From Candidatus Kaiserbacteria bacterium (GTDB lineage: Bacteria; Patescibacteriota; Minisyncoccia; Phycocordibacterales; JABAAK01): a stretch of DNA of 57,417 nucleotides. The stretch's first letter is position 1. Each line of letters begins with the position of its first letter. The notes under the pieces were generated by a model. The model worked only from the letters and a program-made list of their open reading frames with translations. It ran no database searches and was not told where the DNA came from. Of this stretch, positions 38,761 through 47,859 are shown piece after piece. The translations under genes and the position numbers were made by a program. The stretch spans positions 1-57,417 of the forward strand of contig JAPOOC010000007.1 in assembly GCA_026713605.1 (NCBI GenBank), in the 5' to 3' direction.

Positions 38761-39303
38761 ATGTCAAGAATAGGATCACAAAAAATAACAATACCAGATG
38801 GTGTACAGGTTTCGTTCCAAGACGGTATATTAACAGTGAAAGGACCAAAAGGGGAGCTAACAAGACAGATGCGGGATGAAATTGCGTTCACCATTGCAGA
38901 CAAAGAGGTAGTGGTAGAGAAAAAAGCAAAAACGCGCCTCGCAAGCGGATTGTGGGGCACTTATGCTTCACACGCAAAAAACATGATTATCGGTGTAACT
39001 GAGGGGTACAAGAAGGAGTTGGAAGTGCGGGGTATTGGGTATCGAGTTGAGATGAAAGGCACACAGTTGGTTCTGAATGTCGGTTTTTCACACCCGGTCG
39101 TGTTTGAGGTACCAGAAGGTTTGCAGGTAAGTGTACAGGATGTTACTATAACTATTGAAGGTTTTGACAAAGAAAAGGTGGGACAGTTCGCCGCACAAGT
39201 GCGACGAGTGAAAAAGCCAGATCCGTATAAAGACAAAGGGGTACGATATGTCGGTGAGGTGGTACGCAGAAAGCAAGGTAAGAAAGCTGAAGCAGCGGCA
39301 TAA
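38761..39303 (+). CDS. rplF: 50S ribosomal protein L6
   Basis: MSRIG, VKGPKGEL, GFSHP, PDPYKDKGVRY. Confidence 0.97.
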   Translation: MSRIGSQKITIPDGVQVSFQDGILTVKGPKGELTRQMRDEIAFTIADKEVVVEKKAKTRLASGLWGTYASHAKNMIIGVTEGYKKELEVRGIGYRVEMKGTQLVLNVGFSHPVVFEVPEGLQVSVQDVTITIEGFDKEKVGQFAAQVRRVKKPDPYKDKGVRYVGEVVRRKQGKKAEAAA

Positions 39304-39313
39304 GAACTATACT

Positions 39314-39664
39314 ATGAAAAAAACAGCACAAAAAGTTTTGGGGAGAATACAGCGGCATCGCCGTATCCGTTCCCGAGTGTCTGGCACACCAGACAAGCCA
39401 CGCCTTGCGTTTTTCCGTTCAAGCAAGCATCTATACGCACAAATCATTGATGACACAGCTGGTCAAACACTCGCCGCAACCTCATCCTTGAAGAGTAACA
39501 AGAAGGGGGCGATAGAAAACGCAAAGCAGATGGGTGCCACAATCGCAGAACAGGCGAAGCAGAAAAAAGTCAAGGAAGTGGTATTTGATCGAGGTGGGTT
39601 TATGTACACCGGTTCGGTGAAAGAGTTTGCTGATGCTGCTCGGGCAGGTGGGTTAGAATTTTAA
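39314..39664 (+). CDS. rplR: 50S ribosomal protein L18
   Basis: PRLAFFRSSKHLYAQIIDD, VVFDRGGFMYTG. Confidence 0.97.
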   Translation: MKKTAQKVLGRIQRHRRIRSRVSGTPDKPRLAFFRSSKHLYAQIIDDTAGQTLAATSSLKSNKKGAIENAKQMGATIAEQAKQKKVKEVVFDRGGFMYTGSVKEFADAARAGGLEF

Positions 39665-39666
39665 CT

Positions 39667-40332
39667 ATGGAAGAAGACACAAGAAAAGCACAACAAGAAA
39701 CAAAGGAGTCCGGAGTAAACGAGGGCGGTGCGGATTCGCAGAAAAAAGAAAATACGCAAAAACCGCAGAGCGAAAGGCGTGGCGGCGGTAGAGGTAGGGA
39801 ACGACAAGGACAGCAAAGAGGGGGCAGAAACGACAAAGATGGTCGCGGGAAAAAGCGACGATCCGCATTCGGGCGATCTGGAAAAGGTCGTGGTGGAGAC
39901 AGGCAAAAGTCAGAATTTGAAACGCGAGTACTCTCCGCACGACGGGTATCTCGCGTAGTCGCAGGGGGGAGGCGATTTAGCTTAAGTGTTGCGGTAGCAG
40001 TGGGTAATCGGAAAGGCAGAGTAGGCATCGGCACAGGAAAAGGGATTGACATGGCAGCCGCCATGGAAAAAGCGCGGAATCAAGCGCAAAAAAATATGGT
40101 TGAAGTGCAAATAACAAATGAGAAAAGTATTCCAAGCGAAGCGGTCGGCAAGTATTGTGCCTCGGTGGTACACATTCGCCCGAGCAGAGGGTTTGTCGCA
40201 GGTGGTGCGGTACGAACCATCGCTGAGCTCGCAGGTGTTGAACGCATCAACGCAAAAATACAATCCCGTAGCAAGTGCCACCTGAACAACGCACGAGCGA
40301 CACTGAAGGCGTTTTCAGTGATGAGCGGATAA
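39667..40332 (+). CDS. rpsE: 30S ribosomal protein S5 with long N-terminal extension
   Basis: RRVSRVVAGGRRFS, GNRKGRVG, AGGAVRTIAELAG. Confidence 0.95.
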   Translation: MEEDTRKAQQETKESGVNEGGADSQKKENTQKPQSERRGGGRGRERQGQQRGGRNDKDGRGKKRRSAFGRSGKGRGGDRQKSEFETRVLSARRVSRVVAGGRRFSLSVAVAVGNRKGRVGIGTGKGIDMAAAMEKARNQAQKNMVEVQITNEKSIPSEAVGKYCASVVHIRPSRGFVAGGAVRTIAELAGVERINAKIQSRSKCHLNNARATLKAFSVMSG

Positions 40333-40787
40333 TGACTACAAAAAGAACCATGCTTCACGAACTCTCAACAAAAAAGAAAAAGAAAAAGAAAATAGGCCGC
40401 GGCGGAGCGCGCGGAGCGAAATCTGGGCGGGGTAACAAGGGACAGCGATCACGCGCAGGGCGGCGTATTCGTCCAGCATTGCGGGATGAATTGGCGCGCA
40501 TACCAAAACGGCGGGGTTACAACAAGAATCGTGCGCGTGGGGTGCGAAATAAAGACGCAGTACGAAGCGTAACTTTGGAAACATTAGAAAAACACTTTCA
40601 GGAAAAAAGTATCATCACACCAAAGGTGCTGACCGACAGAGGAGTTGTCACGAAAATAAAGGGGCGAGTACCGTCAGTGAAAGTTGTTGCACGGGGCAAC
40701 ATCGCCACGCCGATCACAATCAGAAAGTGTGCTGTGTCAGCAGGCGCAAAGCAGAAGATAGAGGCGGCAGGTGGTACAATACAATAG
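40332..40787 (+). CDS. rplO: 50S ribosomal protein L15
   Basis: IGRGGARGAKSGRGNKGQRSRAG, AKQKIEAAGG. Confidence 0.95.
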   Translation: MTTKRTMLHELSTKKKKKKKIGRGGARGAKSGRGNKGQRSRAGRRIRPALRDELARIPKRRGYNKNRARGVRNKDAVRSVTLETLEKHFQEKSIITPKVLTDRGVVTKIKGRVPSVKVVARGNIATPITIRKCAVSAGAKQKIEAAGGTIQ

Positions 40788-40789
40788 AT

Positions 40790-42049
40790 ATGTTCAAAGG
40801 ACTCAAAGCATTCTTTTCTGATCCAGTGCTGCTCAAACGATATGCGGCAGTTATTATCGGCTTAGCAATATTTCGTCTTATAGCATCAGTGCCGATACCA
40901 CAAATTGACCAGTCAACCATCAGTGCACTATTGCACCAGAATCAGATTCTCGGAGCTTTTAACATCTTTTCTGGAGGTGGGCTGTCAAACTTTTCTATTG
41001 CCATGCTCGGCGTGTTTCCATACATCACCGTCTCAATCGTGGTGCAGTTGTTAACGGTGGTATCCACCAAAATACATTCACTCTATCACGAAGAAGGGGA
41101 AATCGGACGGAAAAAAATCGGACAATGGACCCGGATAATTACCGTACCAGTGGCAACAGTAAACGCAATCGGTATTCTGTACTACTTGCAAACACAAGGA
41201 GCGATTACCAATTTGCCCATCCCCGACTTCGCACTGAGTGTGCTGTTTATTGTCGCAGGAACAGTGCTGACAATGTGGATCGGAGAATTGATTACTGAGT
41301 TCGGTGTGGGAAACGGTATATCGTTTATTATCTTTGCCGGGATAGTGATAAATATTCCAACCCTGATAACACAGATGATAACAACCTACTCCCCAGCATT
41401 GGTCGTCTCGTATGTACTCGGCGCAGTCGGCATCCTAATCGGCTGCATGGTTGCGGTGTGGATGAATGAAGCAGACAGACCGATACCCATAACCTATGCT
41501 CGATACGGTATTGGATACGGTTCGGGTGAACGACGGGCAAAAACCTACATCCCTATTAAAGTAAACCCAGTCGGCGTGCTATCAATCATATTCGCATTGA
41601 CAGTAATGGCATTTTTTCAATACGGCTTTAAGTTTCTCGGAGGGCTTGAGGGGTGGGGTGTAGTGCAGGCACTGGGTACGCACATAGATGTCCTGCTGGC
41701 AGACGGCTTCTACTATGCAATACCAGTAGCACTACTCACCCTCTTCTTTACCTACTTTCACGCACCAATTGTCTTTAATACGAAAAAAATTGCTGAAAAC
41801 CTGCAAAACCAAGGAGCATTTATTCCTGGTGTGCGTCCCGGAGAAGAGACCGAGGTATATTTCAAAAAAGTGTTGAAACACATCCTTCTTTATGCAGCGG
41901 TATTTTTGGTCGCTGTCGCAGCATTGCCATATATCATAACCGGTTCAACCACAGGAACCTTTATTTTCGCAATCAGCGGAACTGGTGCGCTCATCATTGT
42001 CCATGTCATATTAGATGTCTGTCGAAAAACAAAGGAGCGAATAAGTTGA
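40790..42049 (+). CDS. secY: Preprotein translocase subunit SecY
   Basis: FSIAMLGVFPYITVSI, GELITEFGVGNGISFIIFAG, GAFIPGVRPG, GTGALIIV. Confidence 0.97.
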   Translation: MFKGLKAFFSDPVLLKRYAAVIIGLAIFRLIASVPIPQIDQSTISALLHQNQILGAFNIFSGGGLSNFSIAMLGVFPYITVSIVVQLLTVVSTKIHSLYHEEGEIGRKKIGQWTRIITVPVATVNAIGILYYLQTQGAITNLPIPDFALSVLFIVAGTVLTMWIGELITEFGVGNGISFIIFAGIVINIPTLITQMITTYSPALVVSYVLGAVGILIGCMVAVWMNEADRPIPITYARYGIGYGSGERRAKTYIPIKVNPVGVLSIIFALTVMAFFQYGFKFLGGLEGWGVVQALGTHIDVLLADGFYYAIPVALLTLFFTYFHAPIVFNTKKIAENLQNQGAFIPGVRPGEETEVYFKKVLKHILLYAAVFLVAVAALPYIITGSTTGTFIFAISGTGALIIVHVILDVCRKTKERIS

Positions 42050-42150
42050 TCATAAACCTGTGGCAACACACAAAGATTTTCCACAAAAACTACTCTGTTG
42101 TTCCAAAGGTAAGGTATACTGTCAACATTACCAGACAGGTTTCACACTAT

Positions 42151-42912
42151 ATGAATAAATGGATCATTTTTATCATCATTGTCGCAGCGGTTTCTGCCAT
42201 TGGAGTAGGTACGCGCCTCGTCACTAACCAATCTTCACCTGAAGATACCCTTGGCTCTGTTGAGGGTGGAGAAAAAAAGCAGCAGAAGAGCAATCCGGAC
42301 ATCCGCCTCTCAAACATCTCTGAATACTCAATCTCCCCAGGCGTGCTGGTGCTTCACGATAACAGATTCTCTATGAATTTTTTGGGAACACAAGTGTCAG
42401 GTGAGTATGAAACACTTGCAGAAATTGGTGACCCTACTGCAGTGATTGCGGCGATAAAGAGCAGTCCGGGTGTTCTTGAAGTACTTGAAGTTCCTGCCAT
42501 CAACCCAGGATCAACACAAGATGTTGTGTCTACACCTCTGCATATGACTGACTACTACAAAACTTTTAATGAGAGAGAGCGCATCAGCCATGGCGGCATA
42601 TTTGTAAGTTACATGGCGATGATCATAGAAACCAACGACGGTGTTGTGTGGCTCAATAGCCAACCTTTCTATAACCCAAGAAATGACAGTGTCATAAAAG
42701 AGATTGGTGTTCTGACGGAAATTCTAGATATGGGCACCGAGAAAAATATGTCAATCGGTTCTGGGTTTGCCGGTGGACAACCAGACCCTACCCGTGGTGA
42801 TGAGAACAGCAACAATGGCACTGCCACGAGTGAGATAGTACAGCACCATCCGCAGTTCTACGAGGATGCCACCATGTCTGATGAAGTTGTGCAGATTGAT
42901 ATAAATAGGTGA
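42151..42912 (+). CDS. Membrane-anchored spondin_N-like domain protein
   Basis: N-terminal TM anchor; SPGVLVLH, LAEIGDP, INPG, MIIETNDG, LDMGTEKN, VQHHP. Confidence 0.7.
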   Translation: MNKWIIFIIIVAAVSAIGVGTRLVTNQSSPEDTLGSVEGGEKKQQKSNPDIRLSNISEYSISPGVLVLHDNRFSMNFLGTQVSGEYETLAEIGDPTAVIAAIKSSPGVLEVLEVPAINPGSTQDVVSTPLHMTDYYKTFNERERISHGGIFVSYMAMIIETNDGVVWLNSQPFYNPRNDSVIKEIGVLTEILDMGTEKNMSIGSGFAGGQPDPTRGDENSNNGTATSEIVQHHPQFYEDATMSDEVVQIDINR

Positions 42913-42937
42913 TCGGGCATGCTATACTGTCCATCGT

Positions 42938-45100
42938 ATGCCAAAGGCAAAGAAGAAAAAGGCGGGTAAGAGAGAATCTGAAAAAAAGGTTGTTAAAAAA
43001 GCAGCGGCAGGAGTGATGAAAGAGAAAAGTGTCGCCAAAAAGAAAAACAGTAAAGTGGCAGTAAATGACGGCAAAAAGCAGAGTAGCTATAGCGCAAGCG
43101 ACATCACCGTGCTTGAGGGGCTTGAGGCGGTCCGTCGAAGACCAGGGATGTACATCGGAACAACAGGGATTGACGGCTTGTACCACCTCATCTGGGAAGT
43201 GTTTGATAACTCTCGCGATGAAGCAATGGCGGGGCATGCGGATGAAATTGAGGTTGTGCTACTGCCTGATGATGTGGTACGAGTGGCGGACAATGGGCGG
43301 GGAATTCCGACTGATATACATCCGAAAACAAAAGTGTCCGCGCTAGAGACAATAATGACCACACTACATGCAGGAGGAAAGTTTGGTGACGGGGGATATA
43401 AAGTGTCTGGTGGTCTGCACGGGGTTGGTGTGTCAGTTGTGAACGCGCTATCAACAGAAGTGCTTGTGAAAGTGCATCGGGAAAAAACCTTATTTCAGCA
43501 AGAATACCACCTCGGTAAGCCGATTGAAAAAGTAAAAAAAATCAGCGCCACCGACAAGCAAGGAACCGTGGTGCAATTCCGTGCGGACCCATCAGTTTTC
43601 ACCACCACCGAGTTTAGCGGTGAGGTGTTTGATCCGAGGCGAATTAGAGACCATATGCGCAATCAAGCATTCCTGGTGAAGTCATTACATATCCGAATTA
43701 TTGACGCACGAAAGGCAGAAACAAAAAATATTTTAGAGGATTCGCTTTTCATACACAACGAACTGCCGGAAGCGCCGACCTACTCATTTTTCTATGACAG
43801 CGGATTAACCTCATTTGTGCGACACCACAACAGCCGACAGAAACCCATTCACCAGAACATTTTTTACACTGAGGAGCAGGTTGGTGATGTTGGTGTGGAG
43901 ATCGCATTGCAATATGTGGATGACATATCACCACGACTATTTGCATTTGGAAACACTATTCCAAACACGGAAGGCGGAACCCATGTAACCGGCTTTAAGA
44001 CCGCATTGACACGCACCATTAATGCATACGCAAAAGACAAGAAACTCAGCAAGGATACCGACAGTTTCACCGCTGAAGATGCGTTGGAAGGTATCACCGC
44101 CATCGTTTCAGTAAAATTGCCAGAAATTCAATTTGAGGGGCAAACAAAGGCAAAACTCGGAAGCGTTGAAGCGAGGTCAGCAGTGCAAAGCGTGTTTAAT
44201 AAGGCATTCAAAACTTTCTTAGAGGAACACCCTGCTGATGCAAGGAACATTGTTACAAAGGTATCATTGGCATTACAAGCACGAAAGGCAGCGCGAGCAG
44301 TGAAAGATAGTATTTTGCGAAAGGGGGCGTTTGACGGCATGACCTTGCCGGGCAAACTGGCAGATTGCCAATCACGAAATCGGGCAGATTCTGAGTTGTT
44401 CATCGTGGAGGGAGAATCAGCAGGCGGCACCGCAAAACAGGGGAGAGATCGAAGGACGCAGGCCGTATTACCACTACGCGGAAAAATATTAAATGTAGAG
44501 CGCGTGCGTATAGACCGGATGATGTCTTCAGAAGAAATAAAGGCACTTGCCATCGCGCTGGGAACCTCTGTGGGGGATTCATTTGACATAGAAAAGCTGC
44601 GGTATGACAAAGTAATTATTGCAACCGACGCGGATGTTGACGGGGCACATATTCGCACGCTTCTACTAACCCTCTTTTTCCGACATTTCAAGCCGCTCAT
44701 TGAAAGTGGCAATATCTACTTTGCACAACCACCACTCTACAAAGTGGCAAAAGGAAAAGATGCCCGATACGCATACTCAGATCAAGAGCGAGATGCAGTA
44801 ATCGCAGAATTTACAAAAAAGAAAACAGCAAAAGTGGCGAGTAAGAAGAAAGTCAGCACCGATGAAGAAGAGGCAAAGGCAACGGGCGTTACGGTACAAC
44901 GGTACAAAGGGCTGGGTGAAATGAATTTTGAAGAATTGCGGGACACCACCATGAACACTGAAAACAGGGTACTTAAACGAGTGTCTATAGAAGATGCCGA
45001 AAACGCAGACAGAACTTTTGATATGTTGATGGGAAGCGAAGTTGCTCCTCGAAAAGCATTCATACAAGAAAACGCAACCTACGCAACATTAGATGTTTAG
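42938..45100 (+). CDS. gyrB: DNA gyrase subunit B
   Basis: EAVRRRPGMYIG, SGGLHGVG, VEGESAGG, LPLRGKILN, QRYKGLGEMN. Confidence 0.98.
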   Translation: MPKAKKKKAGKRESEKKVVKKAAAGVMKEKSVAKKKNSKVAVNDGKKQSSYSASDITVLEGLEAVRRRPGMYIGTTGIDGLYHLIWEVFDNSRDEAMAGHADEIEVVLLPDDVVRVADNGRGIPTDIHPKTKVSALETIMTTLHAGGKFGDGGYKVSGGLHGVGVSVVNALSTEVLVKVHREKTLFQQEYHLGKPIEKVKKISATDKQGTVVQFRADPSVFTTTEFSGEVFDPRRIRDHMRNQAFLVKSLHIRIIDARKAETKNILEDSLFIHNELPEAPTYSFFYDSGLTSFVRHHNSRQKPIHQNIFYTEEQVGDVGVEIALQYVDDISPRLFAFGNTIPNTEGGTHVTGFKTALTRTINAYAKDKKLSKDTDSFTAEDALEGITAIVSVKLPEIQFEGQTKAKLGSVEARSAVQSVFNKAFKTFLEEHPADARNIVTKVSLALQARKAARAVKDSILRKGAFDGMTLPGKLADCQSRNRADSELFIVEGESAGGTAKQGRDRRTQAVLPLRGKILNVERVRIDRMMSSEEIKALAIALGTSVGDSFDIEKLRYDKVIIATDADVDGAHIRTLLLTLFFRHFKPLIESGNIYFAQPPLYKVAKGKDARYAYSDQERDAVIAEFTKKKTAKVASKKKVSTDEEEAKATGVTVQRYKGLGEMNFEELRDTTMNTENRVLKRVSIEDAENADRTFDMLMGSEVAPRKAFIQENATYATLDV

Positions 45101-45241
45101 AAAGCATCAGCGCAGCGGCAGAAAGACATCTCAGTAAGACACTCGTATCTGGTAAGACAAAAGAGGGGGAATATACCGTCCACACTGTATTCCACAAAGG
45201 GTTCCCAAGAAGGAGATTTAGGTATATAATAAAAAGTACAT

Positions 45242-46621
45242 ATGGAAGATGAAGAGATGAACGAAGAAACACAGTCGGCTGAAGAGGGTGATGAAAGTAG
45301 GAAGTTGCGCGACATTGAGCGGTCTAATTTGCGTGGGGCACAGGGGCGAGCAACCGCAAAAAAACGTCGATCAGTAAAAACAGGGCAAAAACATAGCGCT
45401 GGCAAACAAGTTGCGCAGGGGCGACCAAAGCGGCGACAAAAATCTAATACTGGAAAAAAGGCGGCAATATTCTTTGCGCTGGTAGCAATCATCGTTCTGT
45501 TCCTACTAACAACAATATTTGCAACGGCACGATTAGAGGTGACGCTTTCCAGTGCTGAAGTTTCTGTCGACGGTGTGTTTCAAACCGTTCGTGAACCAGC
45601 GCAGTCAAAAGATATTTCATACCAGCGACTGGGTGCGTTTGAAGCGAGGCAGGAAGCGCCAATAACAAACGGAACTCGTGAACGACAAAATACTCGAGCG
45701 GAAGGCACGGTAGTACTGTACAATGTCAACCCGTCTGGTGAGAGCCTGGATTTAATTAATCGCACACGCCTGCAATCTGAAAGCGGTAAAATATATCGTC
45801 TCGTTGGGAAACATGTTATTCCAGGCGGTAAAACAGTGAAAGGTAAATTTGTCCCAGGAAGTAAAGAAGTAAAAATAGAAGCAAACGACTTCGGCAAGGA
45901 TTTCAATTTGCCAAATATAGGGACGCGACTTTCTGTGCCGGGGCTAGCAAAGTGGAAAGAATTTGCAAAAACATACGCCACCACTTCAAGTAAAATCGTC
46001 GGCGGTTTCAGCGGCGAGCGATTCATCCCAGATTCAGAAGAAGCAGCAAAAATACGGGAACAGCTGCAACGAGACATAGAGAAAAAATTGCGTGATGAGT
46101 TGGCACAGTCAGTGGCAAACAACTCACTCTCTGAACGAGTAGTGTTTGAGGAAGGAATTTTTATAACATTTGAGTCGCTAAGCGAAGAGCAGGGCTGTAA
46201 GCAGGAAACAATCTGTGAAAAAGGCACACTCTATGCGATATCATTCAGAGAAACAGAACTTGCCGCACTACTAGTAAAATATGCCCCAGCATCAATACAG
46301 TCAGTATTACCTGCGCGCATTGAGGCGAAAGGTTTATCTATGAATATTGAAAAAAGTGATGAATTTGAAATTGTTTCTTCAACAGAGTTTAGCTTCCGAC
46401 TGAGTGGATCAGCAAAACTGTTTTGGGATATAGACACAGCACTACTTACCAGTGATATGGCTGGGAAAAATCGCAAGGAGGTCGCAGACATTCTCACGAA
46501 TGAATATCCGCAAGTGATACAGCATGAAACACCGAGCATATTTCCCGCATGGCGCAACACACTGCCGGGAAATAAGGAGAAAATAAATATTGAAACAAAG
46601 CATCTTCAGCACAGTGAATAG
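45242..46621 (+). CDS. Bitopic membrane protein, possibly baseplate-J/gp47-like extracellular domain
   Basis: Basic N-terminus, TM helix, AEGTVVLYN...LINRTRLQ...GKIYRL...IPGG, SKIVGGFSG. Family call from memory. Confidence 0.55.
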   Translation: MEDEEMNEETQSAEEGDESRKLRDIERSNLRGAQGRATAKKRRSVKTGQKHSAGKQVAQGRPKRRQKSNTGKKAAIFFALVAIIVLFLLTTIFATARLEVTLSSAEVSVDGVFQTVREPAQSKDISYQRLGAFEARQEAPITNGTRERQNTRAEGTVVLYNVNPSGESLDLINRTRLQSESGKIYRLVGKHVIPGGKTVKGKFVPGSKEVKIEANDFGKDFNLPNIGTRLSVPGLAKWKEFAKTYATTSSKIVGGFSGERFIPDSEEAAKIREQLQRDIEKKLRDELAQSVANNSLSERVVFEEGIFITFESLSEEQGCKQETICEKGTLYAISFRETELAALLVKYAPASIQSVLPARIEAKGLSMNIEKSDEFEIVSSTEFSFRLSGSAKLFWDIDTALLTSDMAGKNRKEVADILTNEYPQVIQHETPSIFPAWRNTLPGNKEKINIETKHLQHSE

Positions 46622-46626
46622 AACCC

Positions 46627-47094
46627 CTACAATTTTTGTGCAACGAGATGGTGGTAGAGAATAACAGCAGCAGCGGTGGTAACATTGAGAGACACTTTCA
46701 CACCATGCATCGGAATAAAAATATGAGCAGGAACCATCTGTAAGGCCTCTGATTGCACACCACTTGTTTCATTGCCGAAAATATACATTGGGTTTTCAGG
46801 TGGGATGTGTGCGGTATAGGGAGTTGCAGTAGGCGTTTGTTCCACAACTACAGGAGTGTGCGCCGGGTGTGCGCCAAGTGCGTCTTGTAGGGAAGGATAT
46901 TTCCGCCACAGTACGGACTTTTCGGCACCAAGGGCGGTCTTGGCAAGCTTGCTATTTTCCCGACCCATTCTATCTATCGGTGCAGGTGTATAGCCAACGA
47001 GTAGCACCTTTTCCACACCAACCGCATCAGCAATCCTAAACATACCACCAACATTAAGCGTGCTGCGAACATTTTCCAAAAGGATGAGTGTCAT
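46627..47094 (-). CDS. SpoU/TrmH family RNA 2'-O-methyltransferase
   Basis: LENVRSTLNVGGMFRIAD, IFGNETSG, IPMHGVKVSLNV. Confidence 0.92.
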   Translation of the reverse strand: MTLILLENVRSTLNVGGMFRIADAVGVEKVLLVGYTPAPIDRMGRENSKLAKTALGAEKSVLWRKYPSLQDALGAHPAHTPVVVEQTPTATPYTAHIPPENPMYIFGNETSGVQSEALQMVPAHIFIPMHGVKVSLNVTTAAAVILYHHLVAQKL

Positions 47095-47149
47095 TATTGA
47101 ACATGGTGCCACATCGTTGGTTGAGGCAGATATGCTATACTACTACACA

Positions 47150-47857
47150 ATGGAAAGCGGGCAGGAGAAACAGGGGAGCATGCATCCGATTTCATTAGTA
47201 ATGGGTGAAATTGTAAGGATTTTTCAGGAATATGGGTATCAGGTTGCGTCTGGTCCAGAAATGGAGACAGCATACTACAATTTTGAAGCATTAAATATTC
47301 CTGAAGGGCATCCCGCGCAGGAAATGTGGGACACCTTTTGGATCAAGGGTGAAAAGAAGAAACTGATGCGGACACATACTTCACCAGTGCAAGTGCGATA
47401 TATGGAAAAGCACAAGCCACCAGTTCGTGTAGTGGTCCCAGGAAAAGTGTTTCGCAACGAGGCGACTGACGCAACGCATGAAGTGCAGTTTCACCAGATT
47501 GAAGGGTTGTGCGTGGCGGAAGACGCCACACTTGCACATATGAAGGGAATGCTCAACATGCTACTTCGACGGCTATTTGGGGATGCAGTGCAGGTGCGAT
47601 ATCGCCCCAGCTTTTTTCCGTTCACCGAGCCGAGTTTAGAAGTGGATATGAAGCGGGAATCTGATACGAAGTGGCTTGAGATACTAGGGTGTGGGATGGT
47701 GCATCGGCAGGTACTCGAACGGGTTGGGGTGGATGCACAAAAGTACCGTGGGTTTGCATTCGGCATGGGGGTAGACAGAATTGCAATGCTGCGACATGGG
47801 TTTGATGATATACGAACGCTGTACAAAGGAGATTTACGATTAGTCACACAGTTTTAA
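47150..47857 (+). CDS. pheS: Phenylalanine-tRNA ligase alpha subunit (short form)
   Basis: HPIS, NFEALNIPEGHPA, RTHTSPVQ, FHQIEG, FFPFTEPS, GFAFGMGVDR. Confidence 0.97.
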   Translation: MESGQEKQGSMHPISLVMGEIVRIFQEYGYQVASGPEMETAYYNFEALNIPEGHPAQEMWDTFWIKGEKKKLMRTHTSPVQVRYMEKHKPPVRVVVPGKVFRNEATDATHEVQFHQIEGLCVAEDATLAHMKGMLNMLLRRLFGDAVQVRYRPSFFPFTEPSLEVDMKRESDTKWLEILGCGMVHRQVLERVGVDAQKYRGFAFGMGVDRIAMLRHGFDDIRTLYKGDLRLVTQF

Positions 47858-47859
47858 CT

